Assembly (NCBI GenBank): GCA_035444565.1
Contig: DAOMOX010000002.1
Coordinates: forward strand, 211,207-275,206
Source of the DNA: Candidatus Dojkabacteria bacterium
GTDB lineage: Bacteria; Patescibacteriota; Dojkabacteria; B142; OLB20
DNA: 64,000 nucleotides
Direction of reading: 5' to 3'
The notes beneath the pieces were generated by a model. The model saw only the letters and a list, made by a program, of their open reading frames with translations, was not told the origin of the DNA and searched no databases. Position numbers and translations under genes: made by a program. Of the stretch, positions 27,958-38,633 are shown one piece after another. Position 1 is the stretch's first letter. Each line of letters opens with the position of its first letter.

Positions 27958-28394
27958 TTGGTTTTAATTTCAAGTTTAACTGGTTTTTGTGATTCATGTT
28001 TATGTTTTTCATCAGCATAAACATAAAGGTTGTTTAAAAATTCGTCTCTTAATTTAGTTTTAGGTAACATTCCTGAGATTGCTTTTTCAATAACTCTCTC
28101 TGGGAACTTCTCTAGCATTTCTTCGAGAGGGACTTCTTTGAATCCACCTCTATATGTAGAGTGGGTATAATACATTTTCTTTTTTAATTTATCTTTGTAT
28201 ACATCAACTTGTTTAGCGTTGATAATGACTAATGCATCACCTCCAACCATGTTTGTTGTTTTTGTTGTTTTATTCTTACCAATCAAAATACTAGCGCAAT
28301 AGGTTGCCAATCTTCCTAGTCGGACACCTTTTGCATCAACTAAGTACCATTGTTTATTCAAGTCCTGTTTTTTAATTACTGTAGTGTTTTTCAT
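27954..28394 (-). CDS. rplM: 50S ribosomal protein L13
   Basis: Conserved L13 N-terminus (WYLVDAKGVRLGRLAT). Confidence 0.9.
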   Translation of the reverse strand: MKNTTVIKKQDLNKQWYLVDAKGVRLGRLATYCASILIGKNKTTKTTNMVGGDALVIINAKQVDVYKDKLKKKMYYTHSTYRGGFKEVPLEEMLEKFPERVIEKAISGMLPKTKLRDEFLNNLYVYADEKHKHESQKPVKLEIKTK

Positions 28395-28399
28395 TATTA

Positions 28400-28930
28400 T
28401 TATATTCCTGATCTAGATTTAGCTTTACCTTGTGCACCTTTTTCCATGTTTTGGCTTTTGGCTTGTGACATGTCTTTTATTTCGTTTACTTCATACTTCT
28501 TTGATTCAGACGATGTGGTTTCTTTTTTCTTTGATTTTTTAGTTGTTTTTTTCGCACCAATTTCTTTGTATACATAACCTTTTACAATCATTTTTATCAT
28601 GGGAGAATTGTCTCCTTTTCTTAGACCTGTTTTGTACAAATTAAGGTAGCCACCATCAGAATCATCCAATCTTTTTGCAAGAATGTTTATTGCTTTGTCG
28701 GTAGCTAATTTATTAAATAAAATTTTATTTAATTTCATTTCTGCATGTCTTTTGTTCTTTTCTTTTGCAATATTAATCATCTTGTCGAACAAGGGAACTA
28801 TCGCTTTCGCCTTGCTAGCCGTTGTTTCTAAATACTCGTAAGTAACTAAATCAGTTAGTAGACTCCTTTTTAATGATTCCGAGTGAGCTTTGTTACTTGC
28901 TAGTTTTGTTATTTTCGGTCTATTGTTCAT
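28400..28930 (-). CDS. rplQ: 50S ribosomal protein L17 (C-terminal K/E-rich extension)
   Basis: L17 core (…TTASKAKAIVPLFDKMI…GDNSPM) plus an approximately 45-aa basic tail. Confidence 0.85.
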   Translation of the reverse strand: MNNRPKITKLASNKAHSESLKRSLLTDLVTYEYLETTASKAKAIVPLFDKMINIAKEKNKRHAEMKLNKILFNKLATDKAINILAKRLDDSDGGYLNLYKTGLRKGDNSPMIKMIVKGYVYKEIGAKKTTKKSKKKETTSSESKKYEVNEIKDMSQAKSQNMEKGAQGKAKSRSGI

Positions 28931-28933
28931 CTA

Positions 28934-29881
28934 TTAATTGATTTCAAATGTTAATCCTTTATCAGACATGATATCTTCTAACTCGGTCATTGATTTCTTT
29001 CCCATACCTTTGAAGTTTGCAACTTCTTCTCTTGGAAGTCCTGCCAAACCTCTCAAATCACTGATACCTGAATTTAGTAAAGCGTTGGTTAATCTAGTTG
29101 AGAGATTAAGCTGGCTTACTAAAATCTTATCTTCTGTTAATTCATGATCAGCTTCTTCCTTGATTATATTCTCCTCAGCTAATATTGGGTCACCACCAAA
29201 TTGAGCTAGTAGTCTATTTGCCATCTCATCGTAGATTTCACCAGCTTTCAACAATGCTTCGGAAGCTGTAACTGTAGCATTTGTATAAATATCCAAATCT
29301 ATTTGATCAAGATCAGTGTATTCACCCAACCTAGCTTTTGTAATATTTACATCTACTCTATTTACAGGACTGAAGTTTGAATCGACTGGAATTACTCCAA
29401 TTTCTTTTCGTCTTTCTTCGTCTGCATATGAATATCCAACACCATTCTCTACTACAACTTCAAGTTTCAATGAAGTATCGCCTGTAAGAGTTGTGATTTC
29501 CAAATCTTGGTTTATGATTTCTACATCACTTGGAACATCAAAATCATTAGCTGTAACGATAGTAACTTTATCTTTATTACCCTTAACATTTAATGTAAGA
29601 GTTGTAGGATCATCACTATATTTCTTAATAGCTAAGTTTTTGAGCTTCAAAATAACGAAAATCACATCTTCTTGAACATTGTCCATACTTGTGTATTCAT
29701 GTTTTACTCCATCAATCTTTACTGAAGTTACAGCTGCTCCAGGAACGGAAGAAAGAAGAATTCTTCTCAATGTATTACCCAGTGTATGACCATATCCGCT
29801 TGGGAGTGGACCGATTTGAATCTGTCCAAGTCCTGGATCGTCTTTTACAACTTTAACTTTAAATTTATCAAGTGAAATCAT
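28934..29881 (-). CDS. rpoA: DNA-directed RNA polymerase subunit alpha
   Basis: 315 aa with N-terminal-domain and C-terminal-domain motifs (GHTLGNTLRRILLSS; C-terminal LSTRLTNALLNSGI). Confidence 0.95.
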   Translation of the reverse strand: MISLDKFKVKVVKDDPGLGQIQIGPLPSGYGHTLGNTLRRILLSSVPGAAVTSVKIDGVKHEYTSMDNVQEDVIFVILKLKNLAIKKYSDDPTTLTLNVKGNKDKVTIVTANDFDVPSDVEIINQDLEITTLTGDTSLKLEVVVENGVGYSYADEERRKEIGVIPVDSNFSPVNRVDVNITKARLGEYTDLDQIDLDIYTNATVTASEALLKAGEIYDEMANRLLAQFGGDPILAEENIIKEEADHELTEDKILVSQLNLSTRLTNALLNSGISDLRGLAGLPREEVANFKGMGKKSMTELEDIMSDKGLTFEIN

Positions 29882-29908
29882 GTTATTAAATCTAATTTAA
29901 AATAATTA

Positions 29909-30493
29909 TCATCGTGAATAGAACTCAATAATTTGCTGTTCTTCAATTCCTTGATCAAGCATGTCTCTTGTTGGCAATGTCTTAACTTGACCTTCTTTTA
30001 GCCATTCTGGAACTTTTACATTTTTAAGTTCAGCTTGCATCACCTTGATATGATCTTCTTTTTGGAATTTTGCCTCCAAAGCAACTTGATCTCCAACTTT
30101 CAATGTGTATGATGGAATAGTTACTTTTTCTCCATTAACTGTTACGTGTCCATGAGTGACAAATTGTCTTGCTTGGTTTCGGGTTTTTGCAAGTTTGAGT
30201 CTATAAACAACATTATCTAATCTAAGTTCCAATAACTGCAACATTCTAGTTCCAGTATTACCTGTGGCTTTACTAGCATCTTGATAGATTTTTTTGAATT
30301 GTTTCTCCATCAAACCGTAAATTCTCTTCACTTTTTGCTTTTCTCTAAACTGAACTGCATAGTTTGAAGGTCTAGATTTTGAAGTAGTGTGTACTCCTGG
30401 TGGATTTGGTCTCTTTCTCCATGATTCATTACCGAAGATATCGTAATTTTCTCTTCTACTAATTTTCCATTTTGGTCCTGTATATCTTGCCAT
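29909..30493 (-). CDS. rpsD: 30S ribosomal protein S4
   Basis: MARYTGPKWKISRRE… with an S4 domain. Confidence 0.95.
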   Translation of the reverse strand: MARYTGPKWKISRRENYDIFGNESWRKRPNPPGVHTTSKSRPSNYAVQFREKQKVKRIYGLMEKQFKKIYQDASKATGNTGTRMLQLLELRLDNVVYRLKLAKTRNQARQFVTHGHVTVNGEKVTIPSYTLKVGDQVALEAKFQKEDHIKVMQAELKNVKVPEWLKEGQVKTLPTRDMLDQGIEEQQIIEFYSR

Positions 30494-30517
30494 TATTAAT
30501 TATCTACTTATAAAGAA

Positions 30518-30964
30518 TTAACTACCTCTTGGTTTTTTTCTAGGTGTTGTACCACCATGAGGGATAGATGTGTGATCTGATAGTGATGTCAATCTAAGTC
30601 CTCCTGTCCTCAAACCCTTTACAGCTGCTTGACGTCCCATTCCTGTACCTTTTACAATCACAGTGCCTGTTGTAACTCCAAATTTCTGAGCTTTTGCTAC
30701 AGCATCCTCTGCTGCTTTTGTTGCGGCAAATGCAGTACTTTTCTTTGAACCTTTGAAACCAACTGCTCCTGGACTACTCCAAGATAAAACATTACCATCG
30801 TAATCTGTGATGGTCACCATAGTATTGTTATAACTTGAAGAAATGAAAACTTTTACTTTTTGAACACTAAGTTTCTTTTTCTTTTTGTTTTTGAACTTTT
30901 TGCTTCCAGTATTTGCTCCGGTTGCTTTTGTTTCTTTTTTGTCTTTTTTACCTGCTTTAGCCAC
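30518..30964 (-). CDS. rpsK: 30S ribosomal protein S11 (N-terminal basic extension)
   Basis: S11 core (…TITDYDGNVLSWSSPG…). Confidence 0.9.
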   Translation of the reverse strand: MAKAGKKDKKETKATGANTGSKKFKNKKKKKLSVQKVKVFISSSYNNTMVTITDYDGNVLSWSSPGAVGFKGSKKSTAFAATKAAEDAVAKAQKFGVTTGTVIVKGTGMGRQAAVKGLRTGGLRLTSLSDHTSIPHGGTTPRKKPRGS

Positions 30965-30992
30965 TTTTAAGTAGTTTATAATAAAAATAGAT

Positions 30993-31373
30993 TTAAGTTT
31001 TTTCTAGTTTTCTCTTCAATCCTCCGACTGCGATATTTCTTCCTTTTCTAGTTACAGCGTTTGTTCTTGTTTGTTGACCTCGAACTGGAAGTCCTAATTT
31101 ATGTCTAATTCCTCTGTAGCTTTTGATGTCTTTAAGTCTTTTAACATTTCTAAATACTGTTTGTCTAAGATCTCCTTCTAGTGTTTTCTCTGCGAGTGCA
31201 TTTGAAATTCTTTTGATTTCTTGATCAGATAAATCCTTTACTCTTTTGTTTGGATCTACGTTTGTCTGTTCTAAAATCTTCTTTGAAGTTGTATGACCAA
31301 CTCCGTATATATAGGGTAATGCATATTCAATTTTTTTCTCTAAAGGCAAACTAATGCCAGCAATTCTTGCCAT
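30993..31373 (-). CDS. rpsM: 30S ribosomal protein S13
   Basis: MARIAGISLP… with an S13 signature. Confidence 0.95.
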   Translation of the reverse strand: MARIAGISLPLEKKIEYALPYIYGVGHTTSKKILEQTNVDPNKRVKDLSDQEIKRISNALAEKTLEGDLRQTVFRNVKRLKDIKSYRGIRHKLGLPVRGQQTRTNAVTRKGRNIAVGGLKRKLEKT

Positions 31374-31382
31374 ATTTAATAA

Positions 31383-31514
31383 TTAACCTTGTTTCTGCTT
31401 GTGACGTGGGTCACGTTTGCAGTATATATAAACTATTTTATTACCGTTTGCTTTTGAACGTTTAACAATGTAACAGTGTTCACAGCGTTTTTTAACAGAT
31501 GCTTTTACTTTCAT
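31383..31514 (-). CDS. rpmJ: 50S ribosomal protein L36
   Basis: Not in the ORF track because it is shorter than 60 aa. Reverse translation gives [43 protein letters not shown], a zinc-ribbon L36. Its start overlaps the infA stop (TAATG). Confidence 0.85.
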   Translation of the reverse strand: MKVKASVKKRCEHCYIVKRSKANGNKIVYIYCKRDPRHKQKQG

Positions 31515-31744
31515 TAGAATCTATATGTAATTCTTCCTTTAGTTAAATCATAAGGTGTCATTTCGAGTTCTACTTCGTCACCTTTTTGTAATTTAATATA
31601 ATGCATTCGCATTCGACCTGATATGTGTCCCATTACTACATGCTTGTCACCCTTTAGGTCAATTTCAATCTTAAATTTTGTTCCTGGGAGAGTTTCAATA
31701 ATTGTCCCTCGAACTTTAAAAATTTTATCCTTATCAGATACCAT
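31514..31744 (-). CDS. infA: translation initiation factor IF-1
   Basis: 76-aa S1-like OB fold (…[20 protein letters not shown]…). Confidence 0.9.
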   Translation of the reverse strand: MVSDKDKIFKVRGTIIETLPGTKFKIEIDLKGDKHVVMGHISGRMRMHYIKLQKGDEVELEMTPYDLTKGRITYRF

Positions 31745-31897
31745 TAACTAACAATATTTCTAAATAAAAAATTGCGGCAATAAAGCCACATCACAGTAAA
31801 TGCGAATCTCGCAGTTACTCAATCGCTATATTATTTATCAAAACCTGAAAGCCATAAGCGATATAGGATTATAGCAGATAGAGTTTTTATAGACAAC

Positions 31898-32647
31898 CTA
31901 TCTTGTTAATATTTTTGCTTTGGTTTTGCCTACTGCGATTGTGTGTTCAAAGATAGCTGATCTTTTTCCATCAACTGTTAAGGTTGTCCAGCCATCATCC
32001 AATATCTCAATTTCAGAGAGTCCTTCATTTATCATAGGTTCGATTGCAATAGTCATACCTTCTTTCAATACTGGTCCATCTCCTTGCTCTCCAAAACATG
32101 GTATGTATGGCTCTTCATGGAGTTTTCTACCAATTCCGTGTCCTGTCATTTGAGTTATTACATTGAAACCAGCCAACTCAGCAATTGTTTGAATTGCATA
32201 TCCTATATCTCCAACAGTGTTTCCTTCTACAGAAAGCTCAATGCTTTTTGATAGAGCAAGCTTTGTAGTCTCTAAAAGTCTGACTGCATTATCATCAACT
32301 TTTCCAACCGGAACCGTTAATGCTGAATCCAGATAGAAATCTTGATAGATAATTCCCATATCGATGCTTATAATTTGACCTTCAACTGTGTATTCTTCAG
32401 GACTTGGGATTCCATGAACAGCAACATCATCTATGCCAGTACAGATGTTGGCTTCATACCCTTGATAACCTTTGAACGCAGGTAATACATTAAATTTTTT
32501 GCAAAGATCTCCCGCTTTATCGTCTAATTCCTTGGTAGTGATACCAGGTTTTACCGTCTCAGCGAGTGTGTTTAATATTTCAGCTAGAATACTGCCACCT
32601 GATTTCATGATGGCAATTTCTTTTTTTGTTTTAATTTTGATTGCCAC
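31898..32647 (-). CDS. map: methionine aminopeptidase type I
   Basis: 249 aa with MetAP metal-binding blocks. It overlaps the secY stop, and no adk lies between secY and map. Confidence 0.9.
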   Translation of the reverse strand: MAIKIKTKKEIAIMKSGGSILAEILNTLAETVKPGITTKELDDKAGDLCKKFNVLPAFKGYQGYEANICTGIDDVAVHGIPSPEEYTVEGQIISIDMGIIYQDFYLDSALTVPVGKVDDNAVRLLETTKLALSKSIELSVEGNTVGDIGYAIQTIAELAGFNVITQMTGHGIGRKLHEEPYIPCFGEQGDGPVLKEGMTIAIEPMINEGLSEIEILDDGWTTLTVDGKRSAIFEHTIAVGKTKAKILTR

Positions 32648-34141
32648 TTATTTGTATTGCTCGTAACTTCTAGTGACAGTAAGTGATTTCATCTGTCTAA
32701 TAGTATCCAAAACCACACCTACCACAATCAATATACTTGTCCCTCCAATACCTGATAAAATCGCTAGGTTTGCACCCTGGGGTGTAAGTCTAGCCAAGTT
32801 AGGAATTATAGCAATTGTTGCTAAGAAAAGACTTCCTACTACTGTCAATTTTATAAGTACATTTGTAATATATTTCTGAGTGACTTTACCCGGTCTCAAC
32901 CCTGGAATAAAACCACCACTTTTCTTAAGATTGTCGGCTGTGTCAGCTGGTTTGTAGGTGACAAATGTATAGAAGAATGAGAAGATTACAATCATTAAAA
33001 AGAAAGTCACAAGATACAAAACACTATCTCTCAAGAAATCTCCACTATTAAGAAAAGCTGAATTATTACCTAAAAACGATTCGTTGATTTTAGTTCCTAT
33101 ACTATATAGCCTAGACTCAGAATCAGCCGTGCCAATTAACAATTGTGCAATAATCTGAGGAAATGATAATAATGCCGAAGCAAAAATAACGGGCATAACC
33201 CCAGCCTGATTCAATTTTAATGGTAGGTAAGTTGCTTGAACTCCTGCTGCTCTAAATCTTCTCGCGTATTGTATAGTCACTTTTCGAACTGCTTCGTTGA
33301 TATACACAATACTCATAATCAGCAAGTAAAAACCCGCTATGAAGAAATATATCAATTTGAAGTTATCATTGATTAATACATTAAAATTTCCATTTTTGAG
33401 TAGTTCAATATCATTTGATAAAAATACAAAATCTCTAGCAACTAGATTAGGAACAACAGTAAGGATACTAATAGTGATGATTATCGAGATTCCATTTCCA
33501 ATTCCATGAGCAGTTATGAGCTCTCCAAGCCACATCAAAACCATACTTCCTGCAGTAAGTGAGACAACCATCGTAACAATATCGAAATTTGTTACATTAT
33601 CAAGTAGACCTGCTAATTGAGGTACTGTCGCAGTGACACTTTTTAATACTGAATAAATCACTACGGCCTGAACCACAGTTAATGGAACGGCTAATATCCT
33701 AGTGTATTGGTTAATAACGGTTCTTCCTCTTTCACCTTCTTTGGATAATTCTTCTAATTTAGGGATAATTGATGTGAGTAATTGCAATACAATTGAAGCA
33801 TTAATGTATGCTCCCAAACCTATCGCAACTACTGAAGGATTATCTAATCGTCCTCCAGTAACTATTGAGAAGAAATTTGTTAGTGGATTGTTACCGAATG
33901 CTTCAGCAAATAATTGAGTATCAATACCTGGAAGAGGTACAGCTGCTAATATTCTATAAACAACAACCAAACCGACAGTAATCAAGATTTTCTTTCTAAT
34001 CTCTGGAGATCTCAATGATTCACTTAAAGAGATTTGATCTTTATCGGTTGTACTTGAAAATTTTGGCTTAGGTGTGATTCTATTTTTGAATCTGCTGACA
34101 TTCAATTTGGGGAGTTTAAGTCGTGATTTTGAAAGTTTCAT
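32648..34141 (-). CDS. secY: preprotein translocase subunit SecY
   Basis: 497 aa with 10 TM helices and the operon position that identifies SecY. Confidence 0.9.
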   Translation of the reverse strand: MKLSKSRLKLPKLNVSRFKNRITPKPKFSSTTDKDQISLSESLRSPEIRKKILITVGLVVVYRILAAVPLPGIDTQLFAEAFGNNPLTNFFSIVTGGRLDNPSVVAIGLGAYINASIVLQLLTSIIPKLEELSKEGERGRTVINQYTRILAVPLTVVQAVVIYSVLKSVTATVPQLAGLLDNVTNFDIVTMVVSLTAGSMVLMWLGELITAHGIGNGISIIITISILTVVPNLVARDFVFLSNDIELLKNGNFNVLINDNFKLIYFFIAGFYLLIMSIVYINEAVRKVTIQYARRFRAAGVQATYLPLKLNQAGVMPVIFASALLSFPQIIAQLLIGTADSESRLYSIGTKINESFLGNNSAFLNSGDFLRDSVLYLVTFFLMIVIFSFFYTFVTYKPADTADNLKKSGGFIPGLRPGKVTQKYITNVLIKLTVVGSLFLATIAIIPNLARLTPQGANLAILSGIGGTSILIVVGVVLDTIRQMKSLTVTRSYEQYK

Positions 34142-34162
34142 TTAGTTTATGTTAAACGTTAC

Positions 34163-34612
34163 TTAGAGAACTTTGCCACCTGCTTTTTCGATTTGTGCTT
34201 GTACAGATTTGGATACGGCAATATTTTCAACTGTGATTTTCTTTTTTAATTCGCCATTATTCAGAATCTTCACTTTTACATTTTTTCCTTTCTCACTAAT
34301 CAACCCTGCTTCTCTTAATTTTTCGACATTGATTGTATCGCCATCTTTGAAATCGTTTAATTTTTCAATTTTTACAATTTCAACTTTATTTTTAAGTTGG
34401 AAATATGCTCGTGAAAAACCTTTTAATTTAGGGATTCTGCGAGACAGAGGCATCTGACCTCCTTCGAATCCTTTTCTAGCAAGTTTATAGCCTGTTCGAG
34501 ATTTTGCTCCTTTTGATCCACGACCAACGGTATGACCTCCTTTTCCTGAGCCATATCCTCTTCCAATTCTTTTTTTGTTTTTAGTTGTCTTTAGTAAATA
34601 GTTATGTATCAT
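34163..34612 (-). CDS. rplO: 50S ribosomal protein L15
   Basis: Glycine-rich N-terminus (RIGRGYGSGKGGHTVGRGSKG). It lies directly after rpsE with no L30 gene. Confidence 0.9.
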   Translation of the reverse strand: MIHNYLLKTTKNKKRIGRGYGSGKGGHTVGRGSKGAKSRTGYKLARKGFEGGQMPLSRRIPKLKGFSRAYFQLKNKVEIVKIEKLNDFKDGDTINVEKLREAGLISEKGKNVKVKILNNGELKKKITVENIAVSKSVQAQIEKAGGKVL

Positions 34613-35187
34613 GATTTCATTGATTGTAATGCTTCAATTGTTGCGTAAACATTAGTAATAGGGTTTGAAGCACCGATAATTTTAGTTAGGATGTCTTTTA
34701 CACCGACAAGTTCGAGAACAGATCTCATAGATGCACCTGCAATTACTCCAGTTCCAGGAGCTGCTGGTTTCATAAAGATTTTCACAGCACCTTTCTTGTG
34801 TAAAATTTCGTGTGGAATTGTTGTATTGTGTAAAGTTACCGTTACCATATTTTTCTTTGCTTTGTTGTATGCTTTTGTTTCAGCGCTTTTTACATCTGCT
34901 CCTTTTCCAACTGCTGCACCAACTTTTCCTTTTCTATCGCCAACAACGACTAAAACACTCAAACTCATTCTTTTTCCACCTTTGTAAGTATGTGATACTC
35001 GTCTAATTGATACGATTCTCTTCTCAACATCATCCGGATTTTGTCGTCTTTGGTTTTTATTATTGTTTCGTTGATTATTTCTGGATTTATTTCTGTCAAA
35101 AGTCGTAGTTCTGCCACCAGCTCTGCTAGGTTCTTTTTTAACTTCATTTGTATCAACTTTTTTTGTTTCTTGCACTTCTGTCGCCAT
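34609..35187 (-). CDS. rpsE: 30S ribosomal protein S5 (N-terminal basic extension)
   Basis: S5 core (…IRRVSHTYKGGKRMSLSVLVVVGD…). Confidence 0.9.
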   Translation of the reverse strand: MATEVQETKKVDTNEVKKEPSRAGGRTTTFDRNKSRNNQRNNNKNQRRQNPDDVEKRIVSIRRVSHTYKGGKRMSLSVLVVVGDRKGKVGAAVGKGADVKSAETKAYNKAKKNMVTVTLHNTTIPHEILHKKGAVKIFMKPAAPGTGVIAGASMRSVLELVGVKDILTKIIGASNPITNVYATIEALQSMKS

Positions 35188-35201
35188 TAATATTTGTCTA
35201 A

Positions 35202-35543
35202 TTAAAATATAAGTCCACCATCTTTTGCCCCTTGGGCAAGTTCTTTGATTCTACCATGGAATTTAAATCCATTTCTGTCAAACACGACTTTCGTTATCTT
35301 TTTTGCCTGAGCTAATTTTGCTAAACTCTCTCCTACCAATTTTGCTTTTTCAGACTTTGTACCCTTTTCAAGTTTTACATCGCTAGTTGCCATCAATGTT
35401 TGACTATTTGAATCATCAACTAGTTGTGCATAGATGTGTTGGTTAGTTTTATAAACAGACAATCTTGGTCTTTCCATAGTTCCAATCACTCTATTTCTGA
35501 TTTTTAATTTTCTTCTATTTCGTCTATCTGTTTTTGTAATCAT
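35202..35543 (-). CDS. rplR: 50S ribosomal protein L18
   Basis: 113-aa L18 fold in the operon position. Confidence 0.9.
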   Translation of the reverse strand: MITKTDRRNRRKLKIRNRVIGTMERPRLSVYKTNQHIYAQLVDDSNSQTLMATSDVKLEKGTKSEKAKLVGESLAKLAQAKKITKVVFDRNGFKFHGRIKELAQGAKDGGLIF

Positions 35544-35560
35544 TGTTTCAATTTAATACT

Positions 35561-36127
35561 TTATGATGTAGCTCCAGATTTTCCGGACTTACGTTTAACT
35601 TGCTCATCAGCATATCTGATACCTTTACCTTTGTAGGGTTCAGGTTTTCGCAGTTCACGAATCTCAGCTGCTGTTTGACCTACTAATTGTTTATCTGTTC
35701 CTTTTACTGTGATTTTCTCTTGGTCTTCCATAATTAATTCAACTCCTTCTCTTGCTTCGTAATGTACGATGTGAGAGAAACCGAGCTTTAACTCTAGTTT
35801 TCTATTTGATTTTAATTCACCGCGATAACCTGTTCCATGAATTTCTAATTTTCTTTCAAAACCTTCTGTAACACCTTGCACCATGTTGGCGATTAGTGAT
35901 CGGTATAAGCCATGATAGGACTTCCCAGTAACAGTGTTTGACTTTTTATCAACAATAACTTCATCATTCTCTATTTTGATAGTTACGCCTTTTCTAACCG
36001 ATAATGATTGGGTTCCTAATGGACCTTCAACAGTAACTAAAAGATAATGATAATCACCGCCATCCTCAATATTGACTTTGACTTTGGAACTATCGAATTT
36101 TATTGGCATTTGACCGATTTTTGACAT
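35561..36127 (-). CDS. rplF: 50S ribosomal protein L6
   Basis: 188-aa two-domain L6. Confidence 0.9.
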   Translation of the reverse strand: MSKIGQMPIKFDSSKVKVNIEDGGDYHYLLVTVEGPLGTQSLSVRKGVTIKIENDEVIVDKKSNTVTGKSYHGLYRSLIANMVQGVTEGFERKLEIHGTGYRGELKSNRKLELKLGFSHIVHYEAREGVELIMEDQEKITVKGTDKQLVGQTAAEIRELRKPEPYKGKGIRYADEQVKRKSGKSGATS

Positions 36128-36129
36128 TA

Positions 36130-36528
36130 TTACCAGATTTCACATAAATACTCACCACCGACTTTGCTTTTTTTAGCGTCATCTCCGCTTAAAACTCCTT
36201 GCGGTGTAGAAATAATAGCAATACCTTTACCACTTAAGACTTTAGGTATTTCTTTGTAATTAACATATTTCCTCAATCCAGGTTTTGAGATTCTTTTCAT
36301 ACTTCTCATAGCTGGCTCTGAACCGAAATATTTTAATTTAACATTCAAAGTTTGCTGAGGAAGATTTTCTTCATTAGACACTTCGTAATCCTCAATCATA
36401 TTCGATTTTTTCAATATTTCACTGATTGCAACAAGCATTTTTGTAGAAGGAATTGTCACAAACTCTTGTTTGCGCAATTGAGCATTTCTAACTCTTGTTA
36501 AATAATCAGCTATTGTATCGTTTACCAT
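36130..36528 (-). CDS. rpsH: 30S ribosomal protein S8
   Basis: 132 aa, MVNDTIADYLTRVRNA…. Confidence 0.9.
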   Translation of the reverse strand: MVNDTIADYLTRVRNAQLRKQEFVTIPSTKMLVAISEILKKSNMIEDYEVSNEENLPQQTLNVKLKYFGSEPAMRSMKRISKPGLRKYVNYKEIPKVLSGKGIAIISTPQGVLSGDDAKKSKVGGEYLCEIW

Positions 36529-36545
36529 AATTTGAATTTAAAAAC

Positions 36546-36740
36546 TTACCAAGAAGATTTTTTTAGCCCAGGTATATCACCTTTGTGGGCTAATCTTCTT
36601 AGACAAATCCTACATAATTTAAAGTATCTATGATAACTTCTTGATCTTCCACAGATTTCACAACGTGAAAATGCTTGAGTTTCATATTTTGCATGTTTAT
36701 TTAATTTTCTTGCTTTTGCTTCTTGAGCTGCTGTAGACAT
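36546..36740 (-). CDS. rpsZ: 30S ribosomal protein S14, zinc-binding type Z
   Basis: 64 aa with a CxxC…CxxC pattern ([22 protein letters not shown]). Confidence 0.9.
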   Translation of the reverse strand: MSTAAQEAKARKLNKHAKYETQAFSRCEICGRSRSYHRYFKLCRICLRRLAHKGDIPGLKKSSW

Positions 36741-36755
36741 ATTTATTTATTAAAT

Positions 36756-37310
36756 TTAAACTTTTTGAAAAGGCATGCCAAGTAATGAAAGTAAAGACTT
36801 CGCTTGATCATTATTGTCAGCACTGGTACAGATTATAACCTGTAACCCCCTTATTTTACTAACTTTTGTTGCATCAACTTCAGGAAAAATTGTATGTTCT
36901 TTCAATCCAAGGGCATAATTTCCTTGTCCATCGAATGCGTTTACAGGAACACCTCTAAAGTCTTTAACTCTAGGGAGTGCAACTGAAACCAATCTATCCA
37001 AGAAATACCACATCATATCTTTTCTCAAAGTAACCTTGACTCCAATATCCATGCCTTTTCGGATTTTGAAGTTTGAGATTGCTTTCTTGCTCTTTGTAAT
37101 CATAGGCTTCTGTCCAGAAATCAATGCGATATCTCGAACCATTTCTTCGATTGCTGTGTTATCAGTCTTAGCTTCACCCAATCCAGAATTAATAATAATT
37201 TTTGTAAGATTAGGAACTGCCATTTTGTTTTTTATTCCAAGGGTCTTCTGAAGCTCTGGTAAGACTTCTTTCTCATATTTAATTTTTAGTCTTGGTTTTT
37301 CGTTTGCCAT
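36756..37310 (-). CDS. rplE: 50S ribosomal protein L5
   Basis: 184 aa with the L5 signature. Confidence 0.9.
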   Translation of the reverse strand: MANEKPRLKIKYEKEVLPELQKTLGIKNKMAVPNLTKIIINSGLGEAKTDNTAIEEMVRDIALISGQKPMITKSKKAISNFKIRKGMDIGVKVTLRKDMMWYFLDRLVSVALPRVKDFRGVPVNAFDGQGNYALGLKEHTIFPEVDATKVSKIRGLQVIICTSADNNDQAKSLLSLLGMPFQKV

Positions 37311-37312
37311 AA

Positions 37313-37627
37313 TTAAGAAATTTCTTTATTTGTTTTTTTAGATATTCTAACTTTCTTACCTTTTTCAACCTTGTATCCTACTCTTGTAGTTTTTCCCGTT
37401 TTTGGGTCAATCAGCATTACTTTTGCTACAGGAATAGGTGCTTCAAATTCTTGAATTGTTCTTTTTTTCTGTTCTTGTGTAGTTTGTGATTTTTTGTGTC
37501 TTTTGACTATATTTACACCTTCCACAACAACTTTAGATACTTTTGGTAAAGTGAATTTCACAATTCCTTGTTTACCTCGATCTTTTCCTGATAATACTTT
37601 TACTGTATCGCCTTTTTTGATTTTCAT
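37313..37627 (-). CDS. rplX: 50S ribosomal protein L24
   Basis: [21 protein letters not shown], a KOW motif. Confidence 0.9.
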   Translation of the reverse strand: MKIKKGDTVKVLSGKDRGKQGIVKFTLPKVSKVVVEGVNIVKRHKKSQTTQEQKKRTIQEFEAPIPVAKVMLIDPKTGKTTRVGYKVEKGKKVRISKKTNKEIS

Positions 37628-38010
37628 TAGAGTACCTCCTGAGCTAAACTAACAATTTTTCCGTATCCTTTTTCTCTAAGCTCTCTAGCAACTGGACCGA
37701 AAATTCTAGTTGCTTTTGGTTCTTTTTTTGCTTTATCGATAATTACTGCTGCATTGTCATCAAATCGAATGTATGATCCATCTTTTCTCTTTACTTCTTT
37801 TGTTGTTCGGACAACTACTGCGTCAACCACATCTCCTTGTTGATAGTTACTATTCGGCAATGCTTTCTTGACTGATGCTTTTACCATTTCTCCTACTGAA
37901 GCAAATCTCTGGAAACTGTTTCCTTTGCCCCTTCCCATAACACGTATTACCATGATTGTCTTGGCTCCGCTGTTATCAGTTACAGTTAATCTCGATAAAT
38001 TCTGTACCAT
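37627..38010 (-). CDS. rplN: 50S ribosomal protein L14
   Basis: [17 protein letters not shown]…. Confidence 0.95.
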   Translation of the reverse strand: MVQNLSRLTVTDNSGAKTIMVIRVMGRGKGNSFQRFASVGEMVKASVKKALPNSNYQQGDVVDAVVVRTTKEVKRKDGSYIRFDDNAAVIIDKAKKEPKATRIFGPVARELREKGYGKIVSLAQEVL

Positions 38011-38285
38011 TATTTCACTTTTTCAACTAGATAAAATTTCTTAGTCTTACTAACAGGTTTACCTTCCAAAATCCAAACTATATCTCCTTTTACAAATTCA
38101 CCCTCGACCTTTTTGTGTACTAAATAGTTTTTGTGCTTTTTAATAATTTTCTTATACAAAGGATGTGAGTATTTGATCTCAACTCGAACCTTGATGGTTG
38201 AGTCGTCAATTACGTTTATAATCACACCTTGTAATTTCTTTGGTTGTGTTTTTGTTTCTGTTGTTTCTTTTGTTTTCTTAGTCAT
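38010..38285 (-). CDS. rpsQ: 30S ribosomal protein S17
   Basis: 91 aa with an OB fold and basic N-terminus. Confidence 0.9.
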   Translation of the reverse strand: MTKKTKETTETKTQPKKLQGVIINVIDDSTIKVRVEIKYSHPLYKKIIKKHKNYLVHKKVEGEFVKGDIVWILEGKPVSKTKKFYLVEKVK

Positions 38286-38300
38286 TATTTATATTTGTAA

Positions 38301-38633
38301 TTATTTATCAGCTTTTTTCTTTGTTGTTTTCACTTTTACTTCCTCTTTATCTTTTTTAACCTCTGCTTCTTTTTTTGACTCTTTTTTTGTTTCTTTTTTA
38401 GTTTCTTTTTTCTCTGCTTCGACTTTTTTAACAGGTGCATGTAAACCTAATTCAATTTCTTTAATCAAAGTATTAATTGTAGCTACCTCTTTTCTCTTTT
38501 TGATTATTTGTGAATAATCTTTCTCCTGACCTATCCTCACATCATATCGAAGGTCTGCAAGTTCTTTAGAGACTTTCTCATGTCTTGTCTGCAATTCTTT
38601 TAATTCCATTGTTTTTAATTTTGATTTGTTCAT
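38301..38633 (-). CDS. rpmC: 50S ribosomal protein L29 with long K/E-rich C-terminal extension
   Basis: L29 helical core ([21 protein letters not shown]…) followed by an approximately 45-aa KKETKKE repeat tail. Confidence 0.85.
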   Translation of the reverse strand: MNKSKLKTMELKELQTRHEKVSKELADLRYDVRIGQEKDYSQIIKKRKEVATINTLIKEIELGLHAPVKKVEAEKKETKKETKKESKKEAEVKKDKEEVKVKTTKKKADK